Shown: positions 11,422-24,375 of the stretch, piece after piece | How positions within the stretch are numbered: position 1 is the stretch's first letter | Layout of the letters: each line of letters begins with the position of its first letter | Origin: Lytechinus pictus | Lineage: Eukaryota | Direction: 5' to 3' | Length of the DNA stretch: 64,000 bases | NCBI RefSeq assembly: GCF_037042905.1 | Contig: NC_087246.1 | Coordinates: 2,544,001-2,608,000, forward strand | Made by a program: the position numbers and the translations under genes | Notes under the pieces: model-generated | The model's input: only the letters and a program-made list of their open reading frames with translations | The model's database searches: none | What the model was told of the DNA's origin: nothing

Positions 11422-14400
11422 ATGACAGAAATAATGGATGTGCCGCATATATTGCAACAGGAGCAATGGGATTGTGGCTTGGCTTCTGCCAGGATGATTT
11501 TCAGGTTTGTTACAATAAATAGTTTGACCACACTTTGTGGTGAGCCCAATAACTTTTGATATATAGAGCTCTATTGCATCAAAGGAAAGGAAAGGATATG
11601 CAAATCAATAACTTCTCACCAACATTTTATACAAATCACTATCTATTAATGATTCATGAGCAAGTGTAGGAATAAAAGACAACATTCAAGAATAAAAATT
11701 TATCAAATTTTAAGGGCTCTCAATAATCCATTTTACAAATATGTTAATCTGCATTAAGCTCAATCTGCATATTGATCCCTGAATGGTCACTGATAATCCT
11801 TTTTCAGTTTATTTGAAAGGGTTCATTGGAACTTCATATAGTCCAACTACCAAACTTTTTTGTCTCACTTGCATAGCTGAGTGAGACTATAGGCGCGGCT
11901 TTTCCGACGGCGGCGGCGTCAACATAAAATCTTAACCAAAGGTTAAGTTTTTTAAATGACTGCATAACTAAGTTAAGAGTATATGAACCTAGTTCATGAA
12001 ACTTGTACATAAGGTTAATCAAGTATTACTGAACATCCTGCCTGAGTTTCAGGTCACATGACCAAGGTCAAAGGTCATTTAGGGTCAATGAACTTGACCA
12101 TGTTGGGGAGTCAATATCGAAATCTTAACCCAAGGTTAAGTTTTGGAAATGTCATAATAACTTAGAAAGTATGTGGACCTAGTTCATGAAACTTGGCCAT
12201 AAGGATAATCCAGTATTACTCGACATCTTACCTGAGTTTTAAGTCACATGACCAAGGTCAAAGGTTTAGGGTCAATGAACTTTGGCCAAGTTGGAGGTAT
12301 TTGTTAAATTGCCATCATAACTTTCAAAGTTAATGGGTCTGATTCACAAAACTAAGACATAAGAGTAATCAAGTATCACTGAACATCCTGTGCGAGTTTT
12401 AGGTCACATGACTAAGGTCAAATGTCATTTAAGGTCAATGAACTTTGGTTATTTGGGGGGGTATTTGTTGAATTACCATCATAACTCTGAAATTTTATTG
12501 GTCTAGTTCATGAAACTTGGACATAAGAGAAATCAAGTATCACTGAACACCCTGTGTGAGTTTAAGGTCACATGGCCAAGGTCAAAGATCATTTAAGGTC
12601 AAAGAACTTTGGCCAAGTTGGGGGTATTTGTTGAATTGCCATGATAACTTTGAAAGTTTATAGATCTGATTCATAAAACTAGGACATAAGAGTAATCAAA
12701 TATAACTGAACATCCTGTGTGAGTTTCAGGTCACATGACCAAGGTCATTAAAGTCAATGAACTTTGGCCATGTTGGTGGTCATTATTAAATTGCTGTCAT
12801 AACTTTCAAAGTTTATGGATATAGTTTATGAATTGTGGACATAGGGGTAATCAAGGATCACTAACAAGTCTTAGGTCACATGATTAAAGTCAAATGTCAT
12901 TCAGGGTCAATGAACATAAACTCCTCAAAAAAAGTTTGGAAATCTGACTTTGATCGATAATCCCTCCTCGGTTTTAATAAATATCAATGTGTATTTAATA
13001 TCAATGAATAGATCATTTAATTCTCTTTAAAATGATACCCTACATGATATGATTATGGTTCACATGGAGGTGCAGTGCCTTGAAATGTGGGGCAGGGTCA
13101 AAATTCAAAAGTTGCAAAATGACACAATACTGGAAGTCACTGTTCTTTTTCCGTGGTGATGAGTGAGTTTCTCAGCGGTTTCTTTTGAACTTGATCAATA
13201 TTAACTCCTCAGTTTTAGTAAATATCAATGTGTAATTTATATCAATGGATAGATCATTTAATTTTCTTTAAAATGATACCCTACATGATATGATTATGGT
13301 TCACATGGAGGTGCAGTGCCTTGAAATGTGGGGCAAGGTCAAAATTCAAAAGTTGCAAAATAACACAATATTAAAAGTCACTGTTCTTTTTTCCGTGGTG
13401 ATGAGTGAGTTTCTCAGCGGTTTCTTTTAATTGTTTTCATGCACCTTAACATCAACATTAACATTCAATCAAACACACCTCTGCACAAACAAACATGCAT
13501 GGGTATCTCAAACCACGACTCAAACCATGTTATCTCACAGAACCATCACTACATAAACCACAACAAAACATAAAAAATGAAGAAGCAGGGGCTTGATTTA
13601 AATGGATTTTCATCTCTATTGTATTGTCACAGACAAAAGAATCATGTTCTGTATTGACCCTTCATGACTATTTCTGCTCGTTTTGCAGCTTTTCAATTCA
13701 GACCTCATCCAACACTTTTGAATCCTGCTCTTTTCGTGATGGCATGATCATAACAAGCATGGTATTATTTTAAAGAGAATTAAATGATCTTTTGAATGAT
13801 GTCAAATATGCATTGTGTAAAATTGGGGGTTGGGAGAAATTAATGGCCAAACTCAGATTTCCAAACTTTTTTTTGAGGGGTTTAGTATTTTATCATTATA
13901 TGAATGGTGTTTTTTTAAATAATTATTTTATAATAGTTTTCAAAGTCAGCACTGCTGCTATATTGAATCGCGTAATACAGGTGAGACTGCCAGAGGCGCC
14001 CCACTTGCTTATTGTCACAGTTTAAGTCATTCCCCCTTCAGATGTGTTTTATTTTGTTAAAACTTTCAGGCAGGTGAGCCTTTATCAGTCATTTTTTAAT
14101 GTTTTTTTTTATATTATTTTTGTAGAGCTGGACAGAGAATGTTATATTTGTAACTAATTGGTACCAATGAAAATTAATGATTCAATGATAGGCTACTAAT
14201 TAATTAATTGATTTGTTTAACTATAAAAAAAACATGAAGAGCATTTTGAAAAGTTGATTCTTTTCCATGCAAACATTAAGTTTATGTTTGTGTTTCCTTT
14301 TTCTCAACAACAGTGTTTTTGTTCATTTTTGTATATTTAATTTTTATCTTCATTTTGATAAGTTCAAACAAATGAGATTTCCCCTTTTGTTAGATATTTT

Positions 14401-17400
14401 GGGCAGGGTTTGACTGTGTTTAGATTCAAGGGTGTAAGTATGCTGACTTTGCTTTTTCTGTTTCCTGCATGCTTTTTTACTTTTCCATTAGGTATTGCAA
14501 TGTTTCTCTAGGAGAAGGTGATGAGAAGTTGATGAAAGCATGCAAAGAGCTAGAAATAAAGAAAGCGTAAGTTTCACATGATGTGTTTTGCTATTTTGTT
14601 GTTTTGTTCATTTTATTGCACAATTTGTAGAAATTACTCTGTACAGCTGAAGGATATTTCAATTTAGTGAGATGATAGTCTGTAAATTTACTGTATGGCA
14701 GGTGCTTGATGAAGAACATCCAAGAAACCCTGCACAAAGTGAAAAAAAGTTGTATTCCTTTGTCACTGCGGAAGTCTAATAAAACAAACAAGGTGTACTA
14801 AAGAACTCTTTATTTAATACAGCAGCAGCAGGTATGCGATACTACCGAAGTACAAGAACAACGCCAGCACACAATAATAAACTTTTCTTGTATAGCACTT
14901 ATGATTAATATCTCTAAGCGCTTCCAAAGGACTTTGATATCATTTTCTGGCTTTAGCTTGGATGGCTGTAACTTACAGCGCACATGTGTTTTAAAGAATA
15001 TATCCCTGCCAGGTACCCATTTACCTCACCTGGGTTGAGTGCAGCACAATGTGGATCTATTTCTTGCTGAAGGAATTCACATCATACCTGGGATTTGAAC
15101 CCGTGACCCTCTGTTTAAAAGTCTGGAGACTAATCCACTGGGCCACAATGCTCCACAAACTTCTTCAAGATGATGATGGTAATGATTCTAATATTTGTGT
15201 GCATTGAAGACACATGGTCGATCTGAGAAGATTTCTACTTTTTCTGTACATGTGAGACAGAAATGAAGATTACTGTTGGACATTTTCTTGGATAAGATGC
15301 TTAAAAGTTACAGCAGTGCAATTGTATATATATTGCATTACTTTCAGATAATCTAATATGTCATATTGCAATCATCATATTTCAAACATTTTCCTTGTTT
15401 TAATGCAGTATTTGGACTGTAGATCTGGCTCATCTAATGGCAAAGTTCAATATCAAACACGACTTCTACACACTCACATTTGGGGTAGATCCAAAATATT
15501 CCACCGTGGTGAGTCTGTTCTTTGTCCAAATTATATAAACTGTTTCATGTAAGTTGTATAATTGTCCTCTGCTTATAAAGGTCATTTGAGTTGTAGTAGA
15601 GACAAGGAGTTCAAATAATGAGGCTAAATCCAAGACCAAGCAATGCTGATAATGTAGCATCAAGAACTAGCCCAGTGAAGAGGGAGCAACAACATTCTGT
15701 CAGTATATTGAAAGTTTTAGGAATAAAATTTGTCAAATTGTTTTCATTGTTGTGTGAACCTCTTATCGATCTATTTCAATTATTATAATTCATCTGATAA
15801 AAAAGCAAATAATCAGTCAGACTGCAGGTCCCAAGAAAGTGGCTTCTTTCATCCAAGTGATATTCATGACTTGAGATGTTTTGCATATTTAATGAGCTTG
15901 ATGCGGACCAAAACACCTCTTTTCATTCGGTCATTGCTGCTCTAATTGTGCATCGAATTTCATGAATTTGGTACCATTGTAAAGAAGAAGAATCATTCTT
16001 TCAGGTCATGTGTTTGGATTTATTCAAAGATTTTGTAATATAGGTTAAAATTTTGATCTAAAATATGCTACAAAATAAATATTTTCACCTGACAAAAGCT
16101 GCTATTTTCACACTTTATTTTTATTTGAGCCCAAATGATTTTTATATCATGATAAAGCTGAATATGTATGCTTTGAAATGATATAGGTTTTAAAATAAGA
16201 ATTGGTTTAATCGGGTCAAGATCACACTTTTCACATGCCAAGTACATAAAGCAGTTTGAAAACAAGAATACTGCACTCTGATTGGTCAAAAAGACCACAC
16301 AATGGCAAATTCCAACAGTCCCAGTGCCTGGGTTCGTTGGAAGGTCACACTTCCCATGTGGTAATCTCCTCAAATACCCCGCGCCTGTTGTTCTGTGAAC
16401 CTTATCCAGCCAATCAGAACTCTGGATTTCATGCAAGTACAAAATTTCAGAAATCTCGTCTTGTACCTTGGTGGGAAAAGTGTGATCTTGACCCGATTAA
16501 AAGGTGCCGCATATCAAGAGTGGCATTGTGAGAAAGTACAGAAGTTCAGCTTTATGGTGATATAGATATCATTGAGGCTCAAAATAAAAAGTTTTGCACA
16601 ATTTGCAAAAGAAAACAGAAGAAGAAAATTCAGTTTTGAGGCACATTTTCAGGCTAGAAATTTACTTCTTTAACAAAATATTGTATACAAAATAAATGAC
16701 CAATATGAAAGAGTAACTTTCACTCTATCTGATGGTGCAATAATATTTCATTTAACTTGAGGTTAAAATAGGTAAATTCTTGGAGGAAGAAAATCTCACG
16801 AATCACAAGATTTTGCAAGGAGGAGGATTCAGCCACGAGATGATTTGGATGAATCTGGCCTTTTTGCTCATTAGCATAGGGACCTGCGGTCTGACTGTAA
16901 TGCAGAAATTGATGTAGTCCGAGACATTTCTTTCTTAACTGTATCACAATCATCTTTCTAATTTACATTGTGAAACTCTTCTTTAATTGATTATTTTGCA
17001 GGAATTTTATAACTGTAATACCTATTTTTCTGATTTCTGGGAAGAAGAGCGTAGGATCAATAAGCTGTTTCTAGAAGCTCAGGACAGAGGTATCATTGCA
17101 TCTAAGAAGTAAGTTTCACCCATTGATGACACAATGATAATGCCTAATAGAGGACAATTCACGTGTTGTCCAAAGAAGCATGTTGGTTTCTTCAAGGACC
17201 GAGGTTTCTTTGACTTTTTGCTGGGCCTTATCAAGATATACTATCAAGGATGAAGCCTTGCTCCATGAAAGCAGCTAATCGTACAGCCTAGTTCATCGAT
17301 ATTAAACATCAGGCCATGTGAAGTAGCAAATATAATGTGCTTAAGAGTAGCTACAACATATAGCGTCACATAATATTCAGTATGTAACTGAGCAGAAACC

Positions 17401-20400
17401 CACAAAATATTGTGTCAAGTTTTTTTGTTTTTCTCAAATATATAATTTTTTAAAGGATATTCATTTAGATTTTTTGTGCCAAGAGACTGTGGCATCTCTG
17501 TCTCAGTCATAAGACCTGTTGTCTGTTCAGATATGCCACTGATGGAGTGATTAATGTGATTTCTCTTATTTGTCAATTCATTTACTTTAGATTTATTTCT
17601 GCACTAAAAGTGTCTTTTCAAATTATTTTTTATCGCCTCAGATCACTTTCCCATGACGAGATCATCAGTCGGCTCAAAAAGGGTCAACCTGCTGTAGTTC
17701 TTATTGATGCTAGTCTTCTTGTTTGCCTGGAGTGTGATGTCACAAAGGTTGGTAACAAGTACAACACTACACCCCAATTACCAGCCTCGCCATCTTTTAT
17801 TAGCATGCATGATATATGAAATGATATATAACAAAAAATAATAATTGTATATCCTTGTAATTTTGTGATAAGGTTATGTCAACATCTCAAAAATGATTGT
17901 AATGTTAGCGGCTAATTGCTTCCTTGGTACATTCACACATGTTCCAATTTGAGAATGTTCATCCACTTTTGAGATTTCAAGCAGAGTTCTTCCAATGCAT
18001 GACATCATATAAAAATCATTTCTTGTTATTTGCTGAGTCCATATCACATTCTGAAGAACTGTAAAAAAAACTAGGATTTTCTCTCAACTATAAGGCCGGC
18101 CCAGTGAGCACTGTCACCAGATCAAAAATGAAGCCTCATATATATAGATTATTAATAAAAATGTAAAGTTTCATCCCATGAAAGGTTGCCAAAGTGAGGC
18201 AGTAAGAATGACTAATTTTTTTTACTCGGACCGGCCACATGCACGATCTTGCATAAAAAGATCACTGGGATATCAAAATACAAGAGTCTCTAATGGAATG
18301 CAAACTGGGGTCTCATGCTGCCCTGGGTAAAGAATAGCCTATGTGCAGGGTATGAAATATTGATAATGCATTTGTTTTATCAGGCACCTTGATAAATTTA
18401 TTTCACATTGGCTGGTTTAAATATATTTATTTAATGCTGTTTATGATCGCAAAAGAGTCCCCGACAAAGTTCATCAAAAGAATAATAAAAAACTAAGGGT
18501 AAACACAAAGAAATACACGAGAAATGCACAGAACAATAAAATACATAGGAATTTAATAATGTTTCGGCAAAAAGTTTTGTAGATATTTGTTAGAAATGTC
18601 ATAAGTTTCACCTAAATTTAGCATTCTATTAGCTATTTAAAGTGAGTTAAGGCAAAAACATAATTTCATACACCAATTTGCATAGTTTATTACGGCAGTC
18701 AGAAACGGCCGTTTTACCTCTTTGCACCAGCTACATATAGGTGGTTTGAATGAAAATGAATAAAACAGCTTTTTTTTACTCACCGTTGGGGAAATGTGAC
18801 TGAGGTATAAAGTAGCCCAATTAAATTAGGGTTAAAAGGTACTACCAAATCATAATCTAAAATCATTTGGGCTCCAACAGAAATTAAGAGTAAAAACAAC
18901 AACTTTTGTCGGATGAAAATTATTATTTTGTATCATGTTTTAGATCAAAAGTTTCACCTATATTACAGAATCTTTTAAAAATTCCAGACACATGACCTGA
19001 AAGATTAAATATTCTTCTTTATAAAGATACCAAAGCATGAAGTTTGGTCAATATTAAGAGCAGCAATGGCATAATAAAAAAGAGGTGTTTTTGTCCGCAC
19101 CAAGCCCATACATATGCAGAAACCTAGTCATATCACTTGAATAAAAGAAGCTACTTTTTCAGGACCTGCCTACTGACTGATAATGTATGGTCTTTAGTTG
19201 TATGAGGCTTTGTGAAAAACTTTCTACCCAGTTTGGTACACTTAAGAAATACTTAACATTGTTGTGATTCTGAAGTTGATATGCTTATTGTTTCCCTGTT
19301 TATGTATACACAGCAAGATCTTCAGTTTGGGTGCTGCCAGAGAGATGAGGAGGAGGAGGAAGGATATATAGGTAAATGACAATGCACTACCCTGTATATC
19401 AAGGGCAGTTTTAGAATTTCATAATCAAAGTTTCCAGGAAGTAATTATTTTCACTTCAAAGAGGACAAAAAATTCTCCCAGAGATATTTAGGAAGCAACA
19501 TATCACCCCTTAAGTAGAGAGCATGTCTCATTATTTAATGTTGTTAATACCAAGATCATGTCCCATTTTACTCGGGTTCTTTCCAAATGGCATTTTGGAA
19601 TTCTCCTTTTCATTCATGCTGAAAAGGGAAGATTAGATGCTAAATACCCTGAGCAGTATTACTAGTAAAAGATGGCTCAGACTTTGTTTATGTGGCTTTA
19701 GGTATTAAATGCACAAGCTGGGTTGCCCCCCCCCCCCTCCAATCTAGGCCTGGGTTTAGGATTTTGTGATCATATTATGAACCCAATTCATTCCAGCTGA
19801 CAAAGTAGTTTAATACCAAAGCTTCTACTTAGTACACTTCCTGTTTAAAGATAAATTCCAGTTGTGCGAACGATCTCAAAATGACTTTTTTACAGAATTT
19901 AATATAATGATCACCAAAGTGTCTGTTTGTATGAATAAAAAATATGTGCCAAAGGATTCTGGAAGAAATTGTGTAATTGCTGAGAAATAAGCAAAATAAG
20001 CGCGGATTCGGTCACTTCCGTCGGGTCTTTATTCCAGCAATAATAATACACTGTCCCACGTGTGCCTATCTGTGTTGGCGATCTTCAGTGTGATCGTTTT
20101 TTGAGCTAGATATTATGATTTCACAAAGTTCAGTTTATGTAACTGTACCAGATCTAGATCCACGATGATATATCAATACTTTACCTTGGTTTTACAGACT
20201 TTCTCACGAAATCAGTGTTTTACTGCAACTACGTTCATTTAGCTTTAAGAACTGCTATTTATCCTATGTTTGTGTATTCACCATTGATGCATGTGAAATA
20301 ATGAAGGAAGGGTTCATGTATTGAATTGCTTCATCTACAGTAACTTCATTATCATTCGAATAATGAATGTTTATTAGTGCAATGGACAGAATACTTCACG

Positions 20401-23400
20401 AGGTGAAATATGAGATGATCGCTTCAACGAGGCATAGCCGAGGTGATGGATCATTAATTTCATCCTTCACTAAATTAAGTTTTCTCTCTATTGCACAGAT
20501 GAAAAACATTCATTGTTTGATTTATATTAAACCTAAACATAGCTCCTTGTCATTTGACATTAATTGGTTTTGATGCAAAAGTGCATGTAGTGCGAGTACA
20601 GTTTGTTGACTGAAGGGCCTGTGGTCTCGGTGAGCATGCAATGGAAAAAATCGTATGGATCCAAATTGTACGAATGATGACATAACATTATAAAACGGGT
20701 TGTATGATTGATATCAAGCTACCAATCAAATAACAAGGATCTGTCTAGGTGTCATAAAATTGCAATAACACAACAGGATCTGCACCTGCACAAAGAAAGA
20801 TATATTTATAAGTCATGTCTATATGTCATGTTAACTATCTAGTGTTCACAATCTTAGCTGCATCGTATTCAATCTTTATTTATCTGGTTTACATACCTGC
20901 AGGTCATTTCATAGTTGCTTGTGGCTACAATATAGAGAAGGAGCAAATATTTTACAGAAATCCTGCAAGGCCTGTCGGTAAGTAGCCAACAATATACACT
21001 TATCAGAACCCTCTGCAAATCAGAGAATGGCAGCAGGAAATGCATACCATCAATATACACCATTGCATTGTCCTGTAGGAATGAAGAATCAGTGATGGTG
21101 CTACAGGGATGCAGTGGAATAACCACCTCATATCATTTTTCAAGTAGAGGAAAAAGGGAATATAAAATGGGAAAAAAAATTAAAAGCAGGACACTGTAAC
21201 TTTATGAGAGACATGTACATGTATCTTCAATTCAAAGTATTCTAGCTGGCTTCTTGTCTGCTCTTCTATTTTTCCTAAAACCTGCTTCAAGTGGCCAAAT
21301 GAGTCATTTTGATCTCAAATAATATGAAGTTAATAACAAGCTTCTCAGTCATTGTCAAGGGTCATTTGAGGCCAACATACTTAGTATTTTTCATTTTTCT
21401 TCCTTCATGAATTTTTTTATTTTTATTTGATTTGCGCATCATGATGTTTTATGTACAACTAGAATAAAAGCATGCATGTTACATGGTCAAGCAATACTTT
21501 AAATATATAACATAAAGAGGCAACATATAAAAAACGAAAGGCAATTAAAAAGAATCAAAGTACGACAAAATAAAGCAATTATTGGATGTGGAGACCAGCA
21601 TCTTAGCTGTTTTTGTTTTCAAATTCAGAATTGCTGCTATTGAATAGTGTAATAAAGGTGATACTGACACAGGCATTTTACTTGTTAAACTACTGTAACT
21701 GGTTGGTCTCATTGAGAAACTGCTTCTCGATGAGGCAAATAGAACAGAATTATGGTAATATATCAATTTATACAATTGCTGTCTGATAAAATGTTGACAT
21801 TGGCATAGCTGATATTCTGTTCATATATTCTGGTTGGAATTCAAATTATTTTCATGAATTGTACTAATTGAAAATCTGGGGAATAGATCATGATATAAAC
21901 AAAAATTATTTGTGCTCTTCCATATTATTCCTTTTATATATTAATGACATGTGTAATGTATCCAGTAAACTTCATATATCTTATTCGCAGATGACACCAG
22001 TATATTCATGTCCCACAAAGATTTACAGACGTTACAAACAGAATTTCATGAGGAATTACAGAAGGTTACCGATTGGTTATACTTGAACAAATTATCCCCC
22101 AATGTTTCTAAAACTAACTTTATGATATTTACAAATATGAAAATAAATTCTAATGAAATTGATATAAAATTGTGTGGTTCAATAATAAAAGAAGTTTCAT
22201 CTAAAATTTCTTGGTGTCATAATTGACAATAAATTAACGTGGTTAAATCATATTGATGCCATCTGCAATAAGATATCTAAGAACATAGGCATAATTTCCC
22301 ACCAAATATTTTTTAAATGCTGTATTATGCTATTATTTCACCATTTTTGTCTCGCCCACCGGAGGTGAAGGCGAGACTTAGGGATCCAAATGTTATCCGT
22401 CCGTCTGTCGTCCGTCCGTCACAAACCTAATGACACATAACTCCACAACCGTAAGTTGCTTTTCAACCAAAATTGGATGGTAGATGGACTTGGGGGACCT
22501 GCATGTTATGCTGCAGTCGGAGGTCACATGGTAAGGTCAAAGGTCATTTTCAGGTCAACGTTAAAGTTTACATGCAAGACTCTTATGACACCTAACTCCG
22601 CAACCGTAAGTCACTTTTCAACCAAACTTGGATGGTAGATGGACTTGGGGGACCTGCATGTTATGCTGCAGTCGGAGGTCACATGGTAAGGTCAAAGGTC
22701 ATTTTCAGGTCAACGTTAAAGTTTACATGCAAGACTCTCTTGTGACACCTAACTCCGCAACCGTAAGTTGCTTTTCAACCAAGCTTGGATGGTAGATGGA
22801 CTTGAGGGACTTGCATGTTATGCTGCAGTCAGAGGTCACATGTTAAGGTCAAAGGTCATTTTCAGGTCAATGTTAAAAGTTTACATGCAAGACTCTTATG
22901 ACACCTAACTCCGCAACCGTAAGTCGCTTTTCAATCAAACTTGGATGGTAGATGGACTTGGGGGACCTTCATGTTATGCTGCAGTCGGAGGTCACATGAT
23001 AAGGTCAAGGTTATTTTCAGGTCAACATTAAAGTTTACATGCAAGACTCTCTTATGACACCTAACTCCGCAACCGTAAGTCACTTTTCAACAGAACTTGG
23101 ATGGTAGATGTACTTAGGCGACCTGCATGTTATGCTGCAGTCGGAGGTCACATGGTAAGGTCAAAGGTCATTTTCAGGTCAACATTAAAATTTACATGCA
23201 AGGCTCTTATGACAAGTGTTATTCCATCGCAGCCATTTCACAATTAAGTTTTGATACAAATCTGTTGCGTGCCCTCGCAAATCACGATATTTCTGGTTAT
23301 TTTCATAAGAGGGTGAGACACAAAATCGCTTTTGCCTTGTTAAATTATGGCATTCTTGCGTGGGGAAGTACTGCGAATATTCATTTAGAGAGATTACATA

Positions 23401-24375
23401 AACTTAAAAAACGTGCAGTCAGAATTATAAACAACTCCCCTTTTTACGCCCATTCTTATCCTATTTCTCATTGACTTAAAATTTAAATATTTATGATATG
23501 TACAAGTATGAAATGGGACTTTTTATGTATCTATGTTCTAAAGGACTTTTACCAGCATTTTTATTGAACTGTTTTAAAATTAAATCATAATATTCATGAA
23601 TACCCTACTAGAAATGCTGCAAACTTCCACTTTCCTAAAATAAGAACTTGCCGTTCTAATAAATCTATTTTCTTTCGTGGCCCTCTACTTTGGAATTCTT
23701 TGCCGGTTAATTTGAAAACATCTTGTTCATTTAATATCTTCAAATGTTACTTCAGAAATTTCATAATTGATAATTAAACCTGTTTGTAATATTTTTTGTA
23801 TAATTTAAATCTTACCATTTGTGTATCTATGCTTTTGCATTGTCTTCTAATTTTTATTTTTTGCTTTTGTTTTTTTTTTGTTACATTTGATATTGTCAAT
23901 AATTATTATTCTTTTTAAAGTAAGTTGGGTTGGCCGTTTTATAAGGATATTTTTTTCCTTTTTGGTTGCTTCCCTCTCCATGCTTTTTTTTTGGTATTTT
24001 ATGTCTTTGATGTTATGTAAACTTTGTTCCCATGTATTTTATCACAATTATGTTCATTTTTATGCAGAGAGCAAAATAAACTTTAATTAGATATTGTTCA
24101 TAATGTGACCGAATTCCTGAAACCTGCAATGACTTAGGGCTTTATTATAGGATATGTAAACGTATATGGGGACTTGCATCCATTTTCTGTCTTGCCGTTA
24201 AAGTCTTTTCATCGCAATGCACTTGTTTTTAATCATTCATTTTATTTCATCCCTTACAATCTTTTGTATCCCTCACACCTTCTTTTTAGATCTCTGCTGT
24301 TGCTCCTTTGAGAACTTTGATGTTGCAAGGAAATCACATGGTACAGATGAGGATATCCTTTTCATCCAAAGATGA
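11422..24375 (+). CDS. GUCD1: GUCD1-like protein (papain-fold/C39-peptidase-like), 8 coding exons, 229 aa
   Basis: Exons 11422-11504, 14492-14566, 15409-15508, 17002-17108, 17642-17747, 19314-19371, 20903-20977, 24290-24375; all GT..AG, phases consistent, 690 nt. Translation MTEIMDVPHILQQEQWDCGLASARMIFR..IWTVDLAHLM..LTFGVDP..GHFIVACGYN..FYRNPA..ARKSHGTDEDILFIQR* matches GUCD1 family motifs (WDCGLA, IWTxDLA, GHF, GTDEDIL). In-frame TGA at 11410 upstream of the ATG; acceptor at 11388 implies an upstream non-coding exon. Confidence 0.93.
11858..14010 (+). mobile_element. Helentron-associated non-autonomous element (HINE/DINE-1/pearl-like) with internal 160-190 bp tandem repeats
   Basis: T-run start, GTCTCAC..GTGAGAC hairpin, (CGG)n, about 6 AAGGTCAAAGGTCA-bearing units, 3' CAGGTGAGAC subterminal repeat plus short hairpin. 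Confidence 0.8.
12919..13882. mobile_element. Tc1/mariner-like MITE nested in the HINE, with an internal 240-bp tandem duplication
   Basis: TA|AACTCCTCAAAAAAAGTTTGGAAATCTGA..TCAGATTTCCAAACTTTTTTTGAGGGGTT|TA; 12947-13190 duplicated at 13190-13430. Confidence 0.85.
14873..15156 (-). mobile_element. tRNA-derived SINE, full-length copy
   Basis: Reverse strand reads GGAGCATTGTGGCCCAGTGG (A box)..GGTTCAAATCC (B box), with the same core and tail as 4612-4879. Confidence 0.85.
15814..16897. mobile_element. Tc1/mariner-like MITE
   Basis: TIR CAGTCAGACTGCAGGTCCC..GGGACCTGCGGTCTGACTG|TA; related inverted copy ends at 19179. Confidence 0.75.
16211..16496. mobile_element. MITE flanked by TTAA, nested in 15814-16897
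   Basis: TTAA|TCGGGTCAAGATCACACTTTTC..GAAAAGTGTGATCTTGACCCGA|TTAA, perfect 22-bp TIR. Confidence 0.85.
18090..19179 (-). mobile_element. partial DNA element related to 15814-16897, opposite orientation
   Basis: 18915-19179 is the diverged reverse complement of 15814-16080; left boundary uncertain. Confidence 0.6.
19849..20244. mobile_element. Kolobok-like MITE
   Basis: TTAA|AGATAAATTCCAGTTG..CAACTACGTTCATTTAGCT|TTAA, imperfect TIR. Confidence 0.6.
21921..24088 (+). mobile_element. 5'-truncated degenerate CR1/L2-group LINE in the last GUCD1 intron, split by a HINE
   Basis: ILFLLYINDM..FADDT..NKLSPNVSKT..; LYYAIISPF|LNYGILAWGS rejoins across the 22346-23340 insert; GPLLWNSLP; AATAAA end. Confidence 0.85.
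22346..23340 (+). mobile_element. HINE/DINE-like element with 5 near-identical 156-bp tandem repeats
   Basis: GTCTCGCC..GGCGAGAC hairpin, (TCCG)n microsatellite, units at 22430, 22585, 22742, 22898, 23054, 3' GGGTGAGAC; inserted in a T-run without TSD. Confidence 0.85.

Noticed and set aside
15080..15156. tRNA gene
   Set aside because: A and B boxes continue into a SINE core and LINE-like tail; a second copy exists at 4612.
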